Of a stretch of 64,000 nucleotides of DNA, positions 43,622 through 58,870 are shown piece after piece; the first letter of the stretch is position 1, and every line of letters starts with the position of its first letter. The translations under genes were made by a program, and so were the position numbers. The stretch is taken from contig CAVSEZ010000002.1 in NCBI GenBank assembly GCA_963727125.1, forward strand, positions 133,281 through 197,280, given 5' to 3'. This DNA comes from an uncultured Actinomycetota bacterium (lineage in GTDB: Bacteria; Actinomycetota; Actinomycetes; Propionibacteriales; Propionibacteriaceae). The notes below the pieces were generated by a model that did no database searches, was not told the DNA's origin, and was given only the letters and a program-made list of their open reading frames with translations.

Positions 43622-49277
<5,656 letters not shown>

Positions 49278-49353
49278 CGGCTCGATCGGGACTTCTCGCT
49301 GGTCGCTGGTCGGGTGCTGGCTGGACGGGTGGACGGGACCACGCGCCGGTCCC

Positions 49354-50424
49354 TCAGGCTGGGTGGATCGTCACCGCTGTCGCCTTGACGGAGAAGAAGA
49401 CAGCCCGGCCAGGGTACAGGTCGAGATCACGGACGGCCTGGGTCGTGACGTCGGCCATCAGGGTCGCGCCGCCGGCATCTTCTGCTCGCAGCCGCACCTG
49501 CTGCTCCCGGGGTTCGAGCTCGGTGATGACCACCGGACGCGTGTTGCGCGGACTGCCGTGGGGCTCCTCGGTGTAGACGCCGACGGCCACCGGACTGAAC
49601 ACCGCGACCGCCGGCTCGCCGTCGGACGCGTCGGCCTCCGCCGCCGCGACGCCGGAGATGACCCGGCCGGCGTCGTCGGCCACCCCGTCGCCGACGCGCC
49701 GACCCGCGACCAGGTTCAGCCCGGCCAGCCGGGCGGTGAACGCGGTCCGCGGGTGCTGCAGCACATCCGACGTCACACCTGACTCCACCACCCGGCCCTG
49801 GTCGAGCACCACGACCCGGTGGGTCAACAGCACGGCGTCCAACAGGTCGTGGGTGACGATGATCGCGGCGCGGTCGGCGAGGACCCGGCGGAGCACTCGG
49901 CGCAGCAGCGGAGCGGCACCGACGTCCAGCGCCGCCATCGGCTCGTCCAGCAGCAACAGGCGTGGTTCCGCGGCCAGGGCGCGGGCGATGGACACCCGCT
50001 GCGCCTGCCCGCCCGACAGCTGGTCCGGTCTGCGGTCGGCGAACTGCTCGGCACCGACCTCGGTGAGCCAGCGCCGGGCCGCGGTCCGTGCTGCGGCGGT
50101 GGTGGCGCCCCGCGACCGGGGTGCGAAGGCGACGTTGTCCAGCACGCTCAGATGGGGGAACAAGAGCGGGTCCTGGGCCAGCAGCGCGATGCCGCGCCGC
50201 CAGGGTTCGGTCCAACGGGTGGCCCCCGCGGTCAGGTCGTACAGCACCGCGCCGTCGAGCTCGGCCCGGCCGCCGTCCGGGCGCAGGGTCCCGGCCAGGG
50301 CGGCCAGCACGGTCGACTTGCCGGCCCCGTTGGGTCCGAGCAGGGCGATCCGCTCGCCCGGCTCGAGGTGCAGCTCGACATCGAGGCCACGGGCGGCGAC
50401 GGTGGCGCTCATGGTCAGGGTCAT
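49354..50424 (-). CDS. Molybdate/sulfate ABC transporter ATP-binding subunit with TOBE domain (ModC-like)
   Basis: GPNGAGKS, LSGGQAQR, LLLDEP, C-terminal HGSPRN...VKAT. Confidence 0.88.
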   Translation of the reverse strand: MTLTMSATVAARGLDVELHLEPGERIALLGPNGAGKSTVLAALAGTLRPDGGRAELDGAVLYDLTAGATRWTEPWRRGIALLAQDPLLFPHLSVLDNVAFAPRSRGATTAAARTAARRWLTEVGAEQFADRRPDQLSGGQAQRVSIARALAAEPRLLLLDEPMAALDVGAAPLLRRVLRRVLADRAAIIVTHDLLDAVLLTHRVVVLDQGRVVESGVTSDVLQHPRTAFTARLAGLNLVAGRRVGDGVADDAGRVISGVAAAEADASDGEPAVAVFSPVAVGVYTEEPHGSPRNTRPVVITELEPREQQVRLRAEDAGGATLMADVTTQAVRDLDLYPGRAVFFSVKATAVTIHPA

Positions 50425-50482
50425 CGCAGGAAACGCTAGAGGGTGACGGTCGGTTCCGGCGCCAGTCGACCCGGTGCGGACC

Positions 50483-51376
50483 TCAGACTGCGCAGCTGAA
50501 CTCCAACCGGTACCCCGAGCTCACGTCCCCGGAGACCGTCGGCAGCTGCAGGTCGTACCCGTCACGAAACACGTTGTCGGTGTCGAGGCTGACCGAGCTC
50601 AGGTTGCTCACGCTCTGCTCGTAGCCCGTGGTGGCGTAGACGGCCGACGACGCGGCTTCCGGCAGGGCGATCTGCGACGTGGCGATCTTGTTCGTGCTGT
50701 TGGTCGCCTTCGCCAGGCTCGGGTACACCTCGAAGTGGATGTGCGGCCACCGCCCCGAGTAGCAGGCCGGGTAGATGGTGGTGAAGCTGACCTGGCCGGA
50801 GTCGTCGGCCTCCTGCACCCCGCGCAGGTAGTTCTCGTTCTGGATCGCCTCGGAGTACATCGAGTACCGGCCCTCGCGGTCGCAGTGCCAGACGTAGACA
50901 GCGGCGCCGGCGTATGCGGCCGATTCCTGGTCGAAGTTCTGGATCGTCATGGTGACCTGCAGCGGTATCCCCGCGGCCGCGGTGGTCGAGGACCCGAAGC
51001 TCGACCGGATGTCGCTACGGACCACGCCGCTCTGGCTGAGCACGTTCGCACCGTTGGACCCGTCACCGGGGTACGGTCCCGCCGTCTCCTCCGGCACCTC
51101 ACCGGCCGACACCTCGCGGTTGCTGCCGCCGGAGTCGGCGGGCGGTCCGCCCGGACCGCCCCCGCCGGGACGGTCACCGGGAGTGGCGCCAGCGTCGGTG
51201 GAGGTGCTGCCGCCGGACACCTCGGCGGCGGCACAACCGGTCAGGGCGACCAGCGACGCGCCACCAACCAGCTTCAGCAGGCCGCGCCGGCGGAGCAGCC
51301 GGGGCAGGTCGTAGTCGAGTCCCCGATCGTGGTTCTCCAGATCGGCTTCGCGGTGGTTGACGCGCTTGATCATCAT
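50483..51376 (-). CDS. Intradiol ring-cleavage dioxygenase-like protein, predicted Tat lipoprotein
   Basis: RRRGLLK and LTGC; ETAGPYPGDGSN, WHCD..GRYS, Y..RWPHIHF; ATG after GAGGAG. Confidence 0.85.
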   Translation of the reverse strand: MMIKRVNHREADLENHDRGLDYDLPRLLRRRGLLKLVGGASLVALTGCAAAEVSGGSTSTDAGATPGDRPGGGGPGGPPADSGGSNREVSAGEVPEETAGPYPGDGSNGANVLSQSGVVRSDIRSSFGSSTTAAAGIPLQVTMTIQNFDQESAAYAGAAVYVWHCDREGRYSMYSEAIQNENYLRGVQEADDSGQVSFTTIYPACYSGRWPHIHFEVYPSLAKATNSTNKIATSQIALPEAASSAVYATTGYEQSVSNLSSVSLDTDNVFRDGYDLQLPTVSGDVSSGYRLEFSCAV

Positions 51377-51550
51377 CTTCTCCTCGGGGGTGCCCGATGC
51401 GGGCGGTGAGCCCAGGCTAGGGGCGTCGCACCCCTGAAACCCCTGATGACCAGGGCATTCATGCCGCCGCGACAGGTACTCACAGGAGCCGCACAGGGTG
51501 GCCGGTGGAAACCTCTGCTCGGTCGGGTCGCCCGCAGATAGGTTGAGGCG

Positions 51551-52216
51551 GTGGCGCATCTCTCCTCGGTGAACATCGGACGGCCCAAGCCCAACCCCCA
51601 CAAACGGGACCCGATCGCGACCGGGATCGGCAAGGTGCCGCAGAGTGGGCCGGTCGAGGTCCGGGCGCCGGGACCCAAGCACGGCGGTCTGGGCAGCGGC
51701 GTGGTGGGCGACTACATCGGTGACACGCGGCACCACGGTGGCGACGGACAGGCCGTGTACGCGTTCGCCCGCGAGGACCTCGACCGCTGGCAGGACCGGC
51801 TGGCTCGGGAGATCCCGAACGGCTTCTTCGGTGAGAACCTGACCACCGTCGGTCTCGACCTGGCCGATACGCGGATCGGCGAGCGCTGGCGGATCGGGGC
51901 CGACGTGGTGCTGCAGGTGACGTCGCCGCGGATCCCGTGTGCCACCTTCCGCGGCCAGGTGGGGGAACGGGGTTGGCTGAAGACCTTCACCGCCGACGCT
52001 CGACCCGGTGCCTACCTGTCCGTCGTCGCACCCGGCCACATCGCCGCCGGCGACCCCGTGGAGGTCCTCCGTCGACCTGACCACGACGTCACGGTGGCCA
52101 TGGTGTTCAAGGCCCTGACCATCGAGCGGAGCCTGCTGCCCGAGCTGGCTGCAGCGGGCGACGATCTCGACGAGGAGACCCACGCCGAGATCGCGGCCTA
52201 CGCCGCCAGGCGCTGA
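51551..52216 (+). CDS. MOSC-domain protein (YiiM-like)
   Basis: TGIGK, HHGG..QAVY, FGENLT, PRIPC, RPGAY. Confidence 0.92.
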   Translation: MAHLSSVNIGRPKPNPHKRDPIATGIGKVPQSGPVEVRAPGPKHGGLGSGVVGDYIGDTRHHGGDGQAVYAFAREDLDRWQDRLAREIPNGFFGENLTTVGLDLADTRIGERWRIGADVVLQVTSPRIPCATFRGQVGERGWLKTFTADARPGAYLSVVAPGHIAAGDPVEVLRRPDHDVTVAMVFKALTIERSLLPELAAAGDDLDEETHAEIAAYAARR

Positions 52217-52340
52217 GGACGGGCCGGGTCGGTGGCAGGGAGTGACCCCGGACGGCCGATCGCCCGTCAGCTGTTCTAGGGTCGGATGATCAAGGCGGAA
52301 CGGGGTCCGCCGACCATCCGGCCGAGCCAAGGACCCCTGC

Positions 52341-54341
52341 ATGCGCCGATCTCGCTCCCTCGCCCTGACCCTGGCCGCCGCGGCCTCGATCGCCGGACTG
52401 GCCGGCGTCCCGGCCGCCGCCGAACCGGCCACCGACCCGTTGACCGGCCCCCAAGAGACCGCGCTCGGATCGGGAGTGCAGCTGGCTCCCAAGGGCACGA
52501 CCGGCAAGCGGGTGGCGGCAGCTGCCGCCAATCCGTATCTGGCGAATCTGCCCGATGCCCGGGCGGCCGACTACTCCGGGTGGCGCACGCGGATGGGGGA
52601 GCAGGGCCGCCAGCGAGCGGCCTCGGGTGCGGTCACCGCGGCGAAGCGGACCGCCGTCGGACGCGCGCTCGCGTCGCCGATCGTGCACGACGAGGAGGAA
52701 CCGGCGGGCACAGCGGGCTCCAACGACTCCCAGGCAAACGCCGAGCCGGTGGCCGGATTCGGCACCGGGCCGCGGGAGAGCAACCGGGCCCGGGTCCTCG
52801 GCGAGCTCGCTGACCTGGCCCCCATTCCGAGCAGCCGGGTGCCCGGTAAGGAGGACAACGGCCAGCTCAGCTCGGCCACCGCGACGACGATCAACGGTTC
52901 GGGCGCCATCACCACCACCGGCGTGCTGGGGGACGGTGACCACGGACCGGCGCCGACCGGCGACGGCACCAACGACTTCGACTTCTATCGGCTCACCGCT
53001 CGGGCCGGGCTCACGCTGACCGTCGACACGTCCGGATCGGCACTCGCCACCGACACCCTGGTCGCGGTGTACGACGCGGCCGGCGTCCTCCTCGGCACCG
53101 ACGACGACGGTGGCGACACCGGGTGGAGCAGCCTGCTCAGCTACGACATCCCCAGCGCGGGGGACTACTTCGTGCTCGTCGCGGGATACGCCACCCTGGG
53201 CCGGACGCTGCCACCCGATCCGACCGACTCGGGCAGCGGGCTCGGCGGTGCCTCGACCGGGCCGTATCAGCTGGCCATCACCGTCGCGGAAGTCGACCAG
53301 GACTTCTACGCCTTCGAGCTGGCCGCCGGTGACGTGCTCGGCGGCACGGTCAGCGGCGACGCGGACGGTCTCACGGTCTACCGGGTCGACGGCGAGCAGA
53401 TGGTCGGAGCCACTGGTCTCGACGCGTCGTCGCTGTATCCGTCGGAGTCCCCGCTGCCCGGTGGCGGCAACACCACGTTCGCGTACGTGGCCGAGGAACC
53501 CGGCAGCTACGCCGTCCAGGTCTCCGGCGAGGCGGGACGCTACGACGCGACAGTCGAGGCCTACCGACCCGGGTCGGAGACGGATCGGGCGGCCCGGGTG
53601 CAGACAGTCTTCCTCGACTTCGACGGCGCCCGGGTCAACACCGCGATCTGGGGCGGTCCCGGAGTGCGCACGCTGTCGCCGTTCTCCGCCTTCATCGCCC
53701 GCTGGGGTCTGACCCGGTCCCAGGAGGCGACCCTGGTCGAGCAGATCACGGCGACCGTCGCGGAGAACATCCGGTCCGACCTCGCGGAGCAGGGTCTCAA
53801 CGACCAGCTCAGCGTCGAGGTGATCAACTCCCGGAACAGCGTTGACCTCTTCGGCAAGCCGAACGTCTCGCGGGTGATCATCGGCGGGACGATCGCGCAG
53901 TCCGGCATCGACACGATCGGGATCGCCCAGTTCATCGATCCGGGCAACTACCAGCACGAGGACAGCGCCGTGGTGCTGTTGGACGTCTTGAGTGATCCGG
54001 ACGGGCCGGCGTCGTTGAACACCTACCTGAGGCCGTCGAGTGACCGCCTGGGCTTCGTCGCCCGAGCGGTCGGGAACGTCACCTCACACGAGATCGGCCA
54101 CCTGATCGGCAACTACCACACCGACAACGCCGACCCGCAGTTGTCCCTGATGGACGCCGGCGGTTCCAACTTCGGCAACCTGTTCGGCGTCGGCCCGGAC
54201 GGCATCGGTGGCACGGCGGACGACGTGGACACCGATTTCAGCACCGATCGCTACAGCCCGGCCGAGGGCTTCACCGGGTTGGAGAACACCCTCAACGTCT
54301 CGGCGTGGGCGTTCGTCCGCGGAGCCCGCGCCGTACCCTGA
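52341..54341 (+). CDS. Secreted protein with PPC-like domains and C-terminal metzincin motif
   Basis: Signal peptide; DFDFYRL...DTLVAVYD...DDDGG PPC-like module; HEIGHLIGNYH followed by SLMD. Confidence 0.78.
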   Translation: MRRSRSLALTLAAAASIAGLAGVPAAAEPATDPLTGPQETALGSGVQLAPKGTTGKRVAAAAANPYLANLPDARAADYSGWRTRMGEQGRQRAASGAVTAAKRTAVGRALASPIVHDEEEPAGTAGSNDSQANAEPVAGFGTGPRESNRARVLGELADLAPIPSSRVPGKEDNGQLSSATATTINGSGAITTTGVLGDGDHGPAPTGDGTNDFDFYRLTARAGLTLTVDTSGSALATDTLVAVYDAAGVLLGTDDDGGDTGWSSLLSYDIPSAGDYFVLVAGYATLGRTLPPDPTDSGSGLGGASTGPYQLAITVAEVDQDFYAFELAAGDVLGGTVSGDADGLTVYRVDGEQMVGATGLDASSLYPSESPLPGGGNTTFAYVAEEPGSYAVQVSGEAGRYDATVEAYRPGSETDRAARVQTVFLDFDGARVNTAIWGGPGVRTLSPFSAFIARWGLTRSQEATLVEQITATVAENIRSDLAEQGLNDQLSVEVINSRNSVDLFGKPNVSRVIIGGTIAQSGIDTIGIAQFIDPGNYQHEDSAVVLLDVLSDPDGPASLNTYLRPSSDRLGFVARAVGNVTSHEIGHLIGNYHTDNADPQLSLMDAGGSNFGNLFGVGPDGIGGTADDVDTDFSTDRYSPAEGFTGLENTLNVSAWAFVRGARAVP

Positions 54342-54422
54342 CGTCGTGGGAGGTGGACTCGGGCCGACGGGCCCAGCCGGCCGACGAGCACGCTCCTGCC
54401 GATCGCCCGGCCCGCTCTCCTG

Positions 54423-55860
54423 CTAGTCCAGGAGAGCGACGATGGCGGCATAACCCCGCTCCCGGGCCGACGCCAACGCGGTGTTGCCGCGCGAGTCCTC
54501 GATCGAGGTGTCGACCCCGCCGCGGACCAGGGCGGCCACGGTCGCGACGTGGGACGGGCCGCCGTCGCCGAGCACCACCGCCTCGTGCAACGCGGTGTAG
54601 CCGATCCGATTGACGTGGTCGATCTCGATCCCGGTGTCGAGCAGGACCTCGACGATGCGGGCGAACCCACGGTCGGCCGCCCGGATGAGTCCGGTGCCGC
54701 GCCAGCTGTCCAGGCTCGCGACGTCCGCACCGTGTCGGAGAGTCAACCGAAGCAGCCGGGGGTCGTCGCCGACCTCGCTGGTGGAGATCAGGTACGCGCT
54801 CTGCACCGTCTCGTCCTTGGCGTTGGCATCCGCTCCGGCTTCGAGCAGCAGCCGCGCGACCTCCAGGTGATTGCCGTAGGCGGCGGCGACCAGGGCGGTC
54901 GCCTCGGACCGGTCCCGCGCCGCCACCGAGGCGCCCGCGTCCAGCAGCCGAGCGACCCGGTCCGTATCGCCGGCCCGCGCGGCCCGGATCATCGCCTGGC
55001 CTCGATCCCGCAGCTCGTCGGCCTGGTCGAGGAGCGCGACGACGCTCGTCTGGCCCCGGGACTCCGCGAGCTGACGGGGCGTACGGCCGTCCCCGTCCCG
55101 GATCGCCGGGTCGGCCCCGGCGGCCAGCAGCTGGCGGACGACGTCGACGTGTTCGGGCGACCCGTCGCCGAGCACGATGGCTTCCAGCAACGCCGTCCAT
55201 CCCAGCCGGTTCACGTGATCGAGCGGCACACCGGCGTTGATCAGGATCCGCACCGTGTCGACGTGCGCGTGTTCGCTGGCGGGGATCAACGCCGTTCCGC
55301 GGTAGCGGTTGAGGCTCGAGACGTCGGCGCCGTGCCGGAGGGTGGCGCGCAGGATCTCGTCGTGGCCCTCGGCCCCGGCGTACAGGAACGCCGAGTCGGC
55401 GATGTCGTCCTTGGCGTTCGGGTCCGCGCCCGCCTCGAGCAGCGCCACGGCCGCCGCTGCGTGATTCGCCTTGGTGGCGACGACCAACGGCGTCTGACGT
55501 CGGTCGTTGCGGGTCTCGATGTCCGCCCCCGCCTCGAGAGCGCGTCGGACCTCGGCGACGTCACCTGTGGCAGCGGCCCGGAGCAGGAGCTGGCCGGCTT
55601 GGTTCGCGGTCAATGGTCGGCTTCCGGGAGAAAGGGGATCTGGTCGGGGTCGCCCGGGGCCGGTCGGAGGGCCCGGGTGAGGGCCGGCGGGAGGTGCCGC
55701 CCGTAGTCGACGGGTCGCCGGACCGGGCCGTGCTGGAGCCGGCCGGAGCCGACGGAGCGGGTTCGTCAGCGGTCGCCGGCGCGACGGCGCAGCCGCTCAG
55801 CGCGGCGAGCAGGGCGATCGGCGCGAGCGCGATCGGAGCGAGCAGGTGACGGGGCGGCAC
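54423..55860 (-). CDS. Tandem ankyrin-repeat protein, probable lipoprotein (frameshift near 55612)
   Basis: About ten ankyrin repeats in 54423-55613; the upstream frame has a lipobox (LSGC) and Pro/Ser linker that join by removing one base (ACCATTGACC to ACCATGACC). Confidence 0.78.
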
Positions 55861-55884
55861 CCACAAACGGTATACCATTTGTGG
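55861..55884. promoter_or_regulatory. GntR/FadR-type operator palindrome overlapping divergent -10 boxes
   Basis: CCACAAACGGTATACCATTTGTGG, 11 of 12 dyad pairs. Confidence 0.8.
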
Positions 55885-55886
55885 TC

Positions 55887-56532
55887 ATGGCCGAATTCAC
55901 GCCCGGAAGCCGATCGGATCGTGCGCCGGCTGCGGGACGAGATCATCGACGGCACCCGTGCGCCGGGGTCGAAACTCGTCGAACGCGATCTGGCGGAGGA
56001 GATGTCGGTCAGCCGCGTCCCCGTGCGGGACGCGCTCAAGGTCCTGGTCGCCGACGGACTGGCCACCCCCCGACCCCGGACCTGGACCACGGTGCGCGCC
56101 TTCAGCGAGGCCGACATCGACGATCTGATCGAGGTGCGGTCCGCGCTGGAGACACTGGCGTTCCGACTGGCGGCGCAACGGGGCACCGATGACCAGCGGG
56201 CTCAGCTCGCCGACCAGCTGGACGCCGAGCGGCGGGCCGCCCGAACCGGCGATGCCCGGGCGGCCCGACGGGCCGGCGCCGACTTCCACGAGACGGTGAT
56301 CGCGATGGCGGCGAATCGCCTGCTCAGCGAGCTGTTCGAGCGCACCCGACACCGGATGCGCTGGCTGCTGGGTCAACACAGCGAGCTCGAGCTGATGGCC
56401 GATGAGCACCAGCAGCTGTACCGAGCCCTGGCGGCGCGGGACGTGGACCGGGTCGGCGACCTGGCCCAGGCCCATCTGGTGACGAGTCGACGGGCGGCCC
56501 TGCGGCACCGACAGGCGCCGCCGCGGGAATAG
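55887..56532 (+). CDS. GntR-family (FadR/FCD) transcriptional regulator (probable frameshift near 55905)
   Basis: LRDEIIDG..PG.KL.E..LAEEMSVSRVPVRDAL HTH, DFH...N.LL...EH FCD motifs; ATG 55887 joins the frame with one base removed. Confidence 0.88.
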
Positions 56533-56561
56533 TCGCCGACCCTGTCCGAGTTGTCGCAGAC

Positions 56562-57449
56562 ATGACCCCGACACAGACAGCTGAGAACCTGGCCGCGAAG
56601 AGCGGCACCTTCGAGGTGAAGGACCTGGGACCGGTCCGTCGCCTCGGCTTCGGCGCGATGCGGATCACCGGCCCGGGCATCTGGGGGGAGCCCGCCGATC
56701 GCGACGTCGCCATCCGGGTCGTCCGCCGCGCCGTCGAGCTCGGCGTGGACTTCATCGACACCGCGGACGCGTACGGTCCCGACATCAGCGAGCAGATCCT
56801 CGCCGAGGCGCTGCACACCGCGGGCGATCGCCCGTACGGCGACGTGAAGATCGCCACCAAGGTCGGCAACACCCGCAGCGGCCCGAACGTCTGGGTCCCG
56901 GTCGGGCGCGCGGAGTACCTCCGCCAGCAGGTCGAGCTCAGCCTGCGCAAGCTGCGGGTCGAGCGGCTCGACCTGCTGCAGCTGCACCGGATCGATCCCA
57001 AGGTGTCGACCGACGAGCAGTTCTCCACGCTCGCCGACCTGCAGTCGCAGGGCAAGATCGCCGCCCTGGGTCTCTCCGAGGTCAGCGTCGCCGAGATCGA
57101 GGAGGCGAGTCGGTACTTCACCGTCGCCACGGTGCAGAACCGCTACAACCTCACCGACAGCAACTCCGAGGACGTGCTCGACTACTGCGCCGACCACGGC
57201 ATCGGCTTCATCCCGTGGGCGCCGATCTCCGCCGGTGACCTGGCCAAGCCGGGCGGTCCGGTGGCCGAGACGGCCGAGCGGCTCGACGCGAGCGCCTCCC
57301 AGATCGCTCTGGCCTGGCTGCTACGGCGGTCTCCGGTCATGCTGCCGATCCCCGGGACCGGCTCGATCGAGCACCTCGAGGAGAACCTGGGTGCCGCTGC
57401 CGTCGAGCTCGACGACGAGACCTACGAGACGATCACGGCCGCCCGCTGA
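56562..57449 (+). CDS. Aldo/keto reductase
   Basis: RLGFGAMR, FIDTADAYG, IATK, DLLQLHR, PIPGT. Confidence 0.95.
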   Translation: MTPTQTAENLAAKSGTFEVKDLGPVRRLGFGAMRITGPGIWGEPADRDVAIRVVRRAVELGVDFIDTADAYGPDISEQILAEALHTAGDRPYGDVKIATKVGNTRSGPNVWVPVGRAEYLRQQVELSLRKLRVERLDLLQLHRIDPKVSTDEQFSTLADLQSQGKIAALGLSEVSVAEIEEASRYFTVATVQNRYNLTDSNSEDVLDYCADHGIGFIPWAPISAGDLAKPGGPVAETAERLDASASQIALAWLLRRSPVMLPIPGTGSIEHLEENLGAAAVELDDETYETITAAR

Positions 57450-57503
57450 CCGGTGCGAGGGCTGCCATGATGAGGCCCTCGATGTGATCCCGGGAGGGCC
57501 GCG

Positions 57504-58805
57504 GTGGCCGATGGTGAGGCGGGTCGACTGCCGGCGCCGGCCGAGTTCCTGCGGCCGGGCTTCGTGGTCGTCGCCGCGCTGTTGGCCGTCGGCTGCGGGC
57601 TGATCGGTGCCGGCTTCTCGTTCCTGGTCCTGACCGTCGAGCGGCTGGCCTTCGGATTCAACACCGGCACGCTGGCCGAGGCCATCACCGAGATCACGGC
57701 GCTCCACCGGTTCGCGACGGTGGCGGTGACGGGGATGGTGGTCGCCGTGCTGTGGTTCCTGCTGCGGCGTCACGGCCCGGCCATCCCCTCGCCGGCGCAG
57801 GTGGCGGCCGGCACCCGGATCCCGTTCCGCTGGATGCTGGCCGACACCGTCCTCCAGGTCGTCGACGTCGCCGCCGGCGCCTCGATCGGCCGCGAGGGCG
57901 CCCCTCGGCAGCTCGGCGCGCAGACCGGCTCGGATCTGGCGGACCGCTTCGGCCTCGGTGCCGACGCCCGCCGGCTGCTGGTCGGGTGCGGCGCCGGAGC
58001 CGGGCTCGCAGCCATCTACAACGTGCCGTTCGGGGGTGCGTTGTTCACCCTGGAGGTGATGGTCGGTCTGGCCGTCCTCCGCCGCAACCGTCCCGGCCCG
58101 GTCGTCGGTACGGCGCTGACCGCGCTCGGCACCGCCTGGATCGCCACCCTGATCGCCCGGATCGCGGTGCCGGACCGGCCGACGTACACCTTCGACGCCG
58201 GCGTCGGCGATCCCCGATTGGTGCTGGTGGCGCTCGTCTACGGGTCGGTGCTCGGGGCGGCCGGGTACGGCTTCGGGGCGCTGATCGACGCCTCGGCCCG
58301 ACGGGCGCCGACCGGCCGCAGCATCCTCTGGACGATGCCGATCTGCTATCTGCTGCTCGCCGCACTGGCCGTACCGCTGCCCCTGGTGCTCGGCAACGGG
58401 CACGCGCTGGCGGAGAACCTCTTCGCCGGCACGGTGCCGCTCGCGGTGGTGGCCCTGCTCGTCGTGGCCAAGCCGCTCGCCACCGTGCTGACCGTACGGG
58501 CGGGTGCGACCGGTGGTCGGCTGACGCCGGCCCTGTCCACCGGAGCCGCCGCGGGCAGCGCGCTGGCCGGCGTCGGTGCCGCGGCGTGGCCGGTCTCGGT
58601 TCCTGCGGCAGCGGTGCTGGGCGCGGCGGCGTTCCTCGTCGGGGCGATGGTGGCCCCCCTGACCGCGGTCGCGCTGGTCATCGAGTTCACCGGTCTGGCG
58701 CCGATCGGTTGGCCGCTGGTTCTGCTCACGGTGGCCGCCGCGACGCTGACGGTCACCGCGATCCGCCGCGCCGCCGCCGCCCGAACCCGCAGGCCCGCCG
58801 GCTAG
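57504..58805 (+). CDS. ClC-family chloride channel/transporter (no CBS domain)
   Basis: GASIGREGAP, GAGAGLAAIYNVPFGGALF, GGRLTP, APLTA...EFT. Confidence 0.88.
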   Translation: MADGEAGRLPAPAEFLRPGFVVVAALLAVGCGLIGAGFSFLVLTVERLAFGFNTGTLAEAITEITALHRFATVAVTGMVVAVLWFLLRRHGPAIPSPAQVAAGTRIPFRWMLADTVLQVVDVAAGASIGREGAPRQLGAQTGSDLADRFGLGADARRLLVGCGAGAGLAAIYNVPFGGALFTLEVMVGLAVLRRNRPGPVVGTALTALGTAWIATLIARIAVPDRPTYTFDAGVGDPRLVLVALVYGSVLGAAGYGFGALIDASARRAPTGRSILWTMPICYLLLAALAVPLPLVLGNGHALAENLFAGTVPLAVVALLVVAKPLATVLTVRAGATGGRLTPALSTGAAAGSALAGVGAAAWPVSVPAAAVLGAAAFLVGAMVAPLTAVALVIEFTGLAPIGWPLVLLTVAAATLTVTAIRRAAAARTRRPAG

Positions 58806-58870
58806 GGGCGGCCGCAGCAGCTGGGGGCTGGGACCGCTGCCCGTCGGTGGTGCGCCGGGTGGTCAGCCGG

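Noticed and set aside
57504-58805. ClC protein as a fluoride exporter with a fluoride riboswitch
   Set aside because: It has GREGAP rather than the GNNLI/GREGT signature, and no riboswitch-like leader is visible
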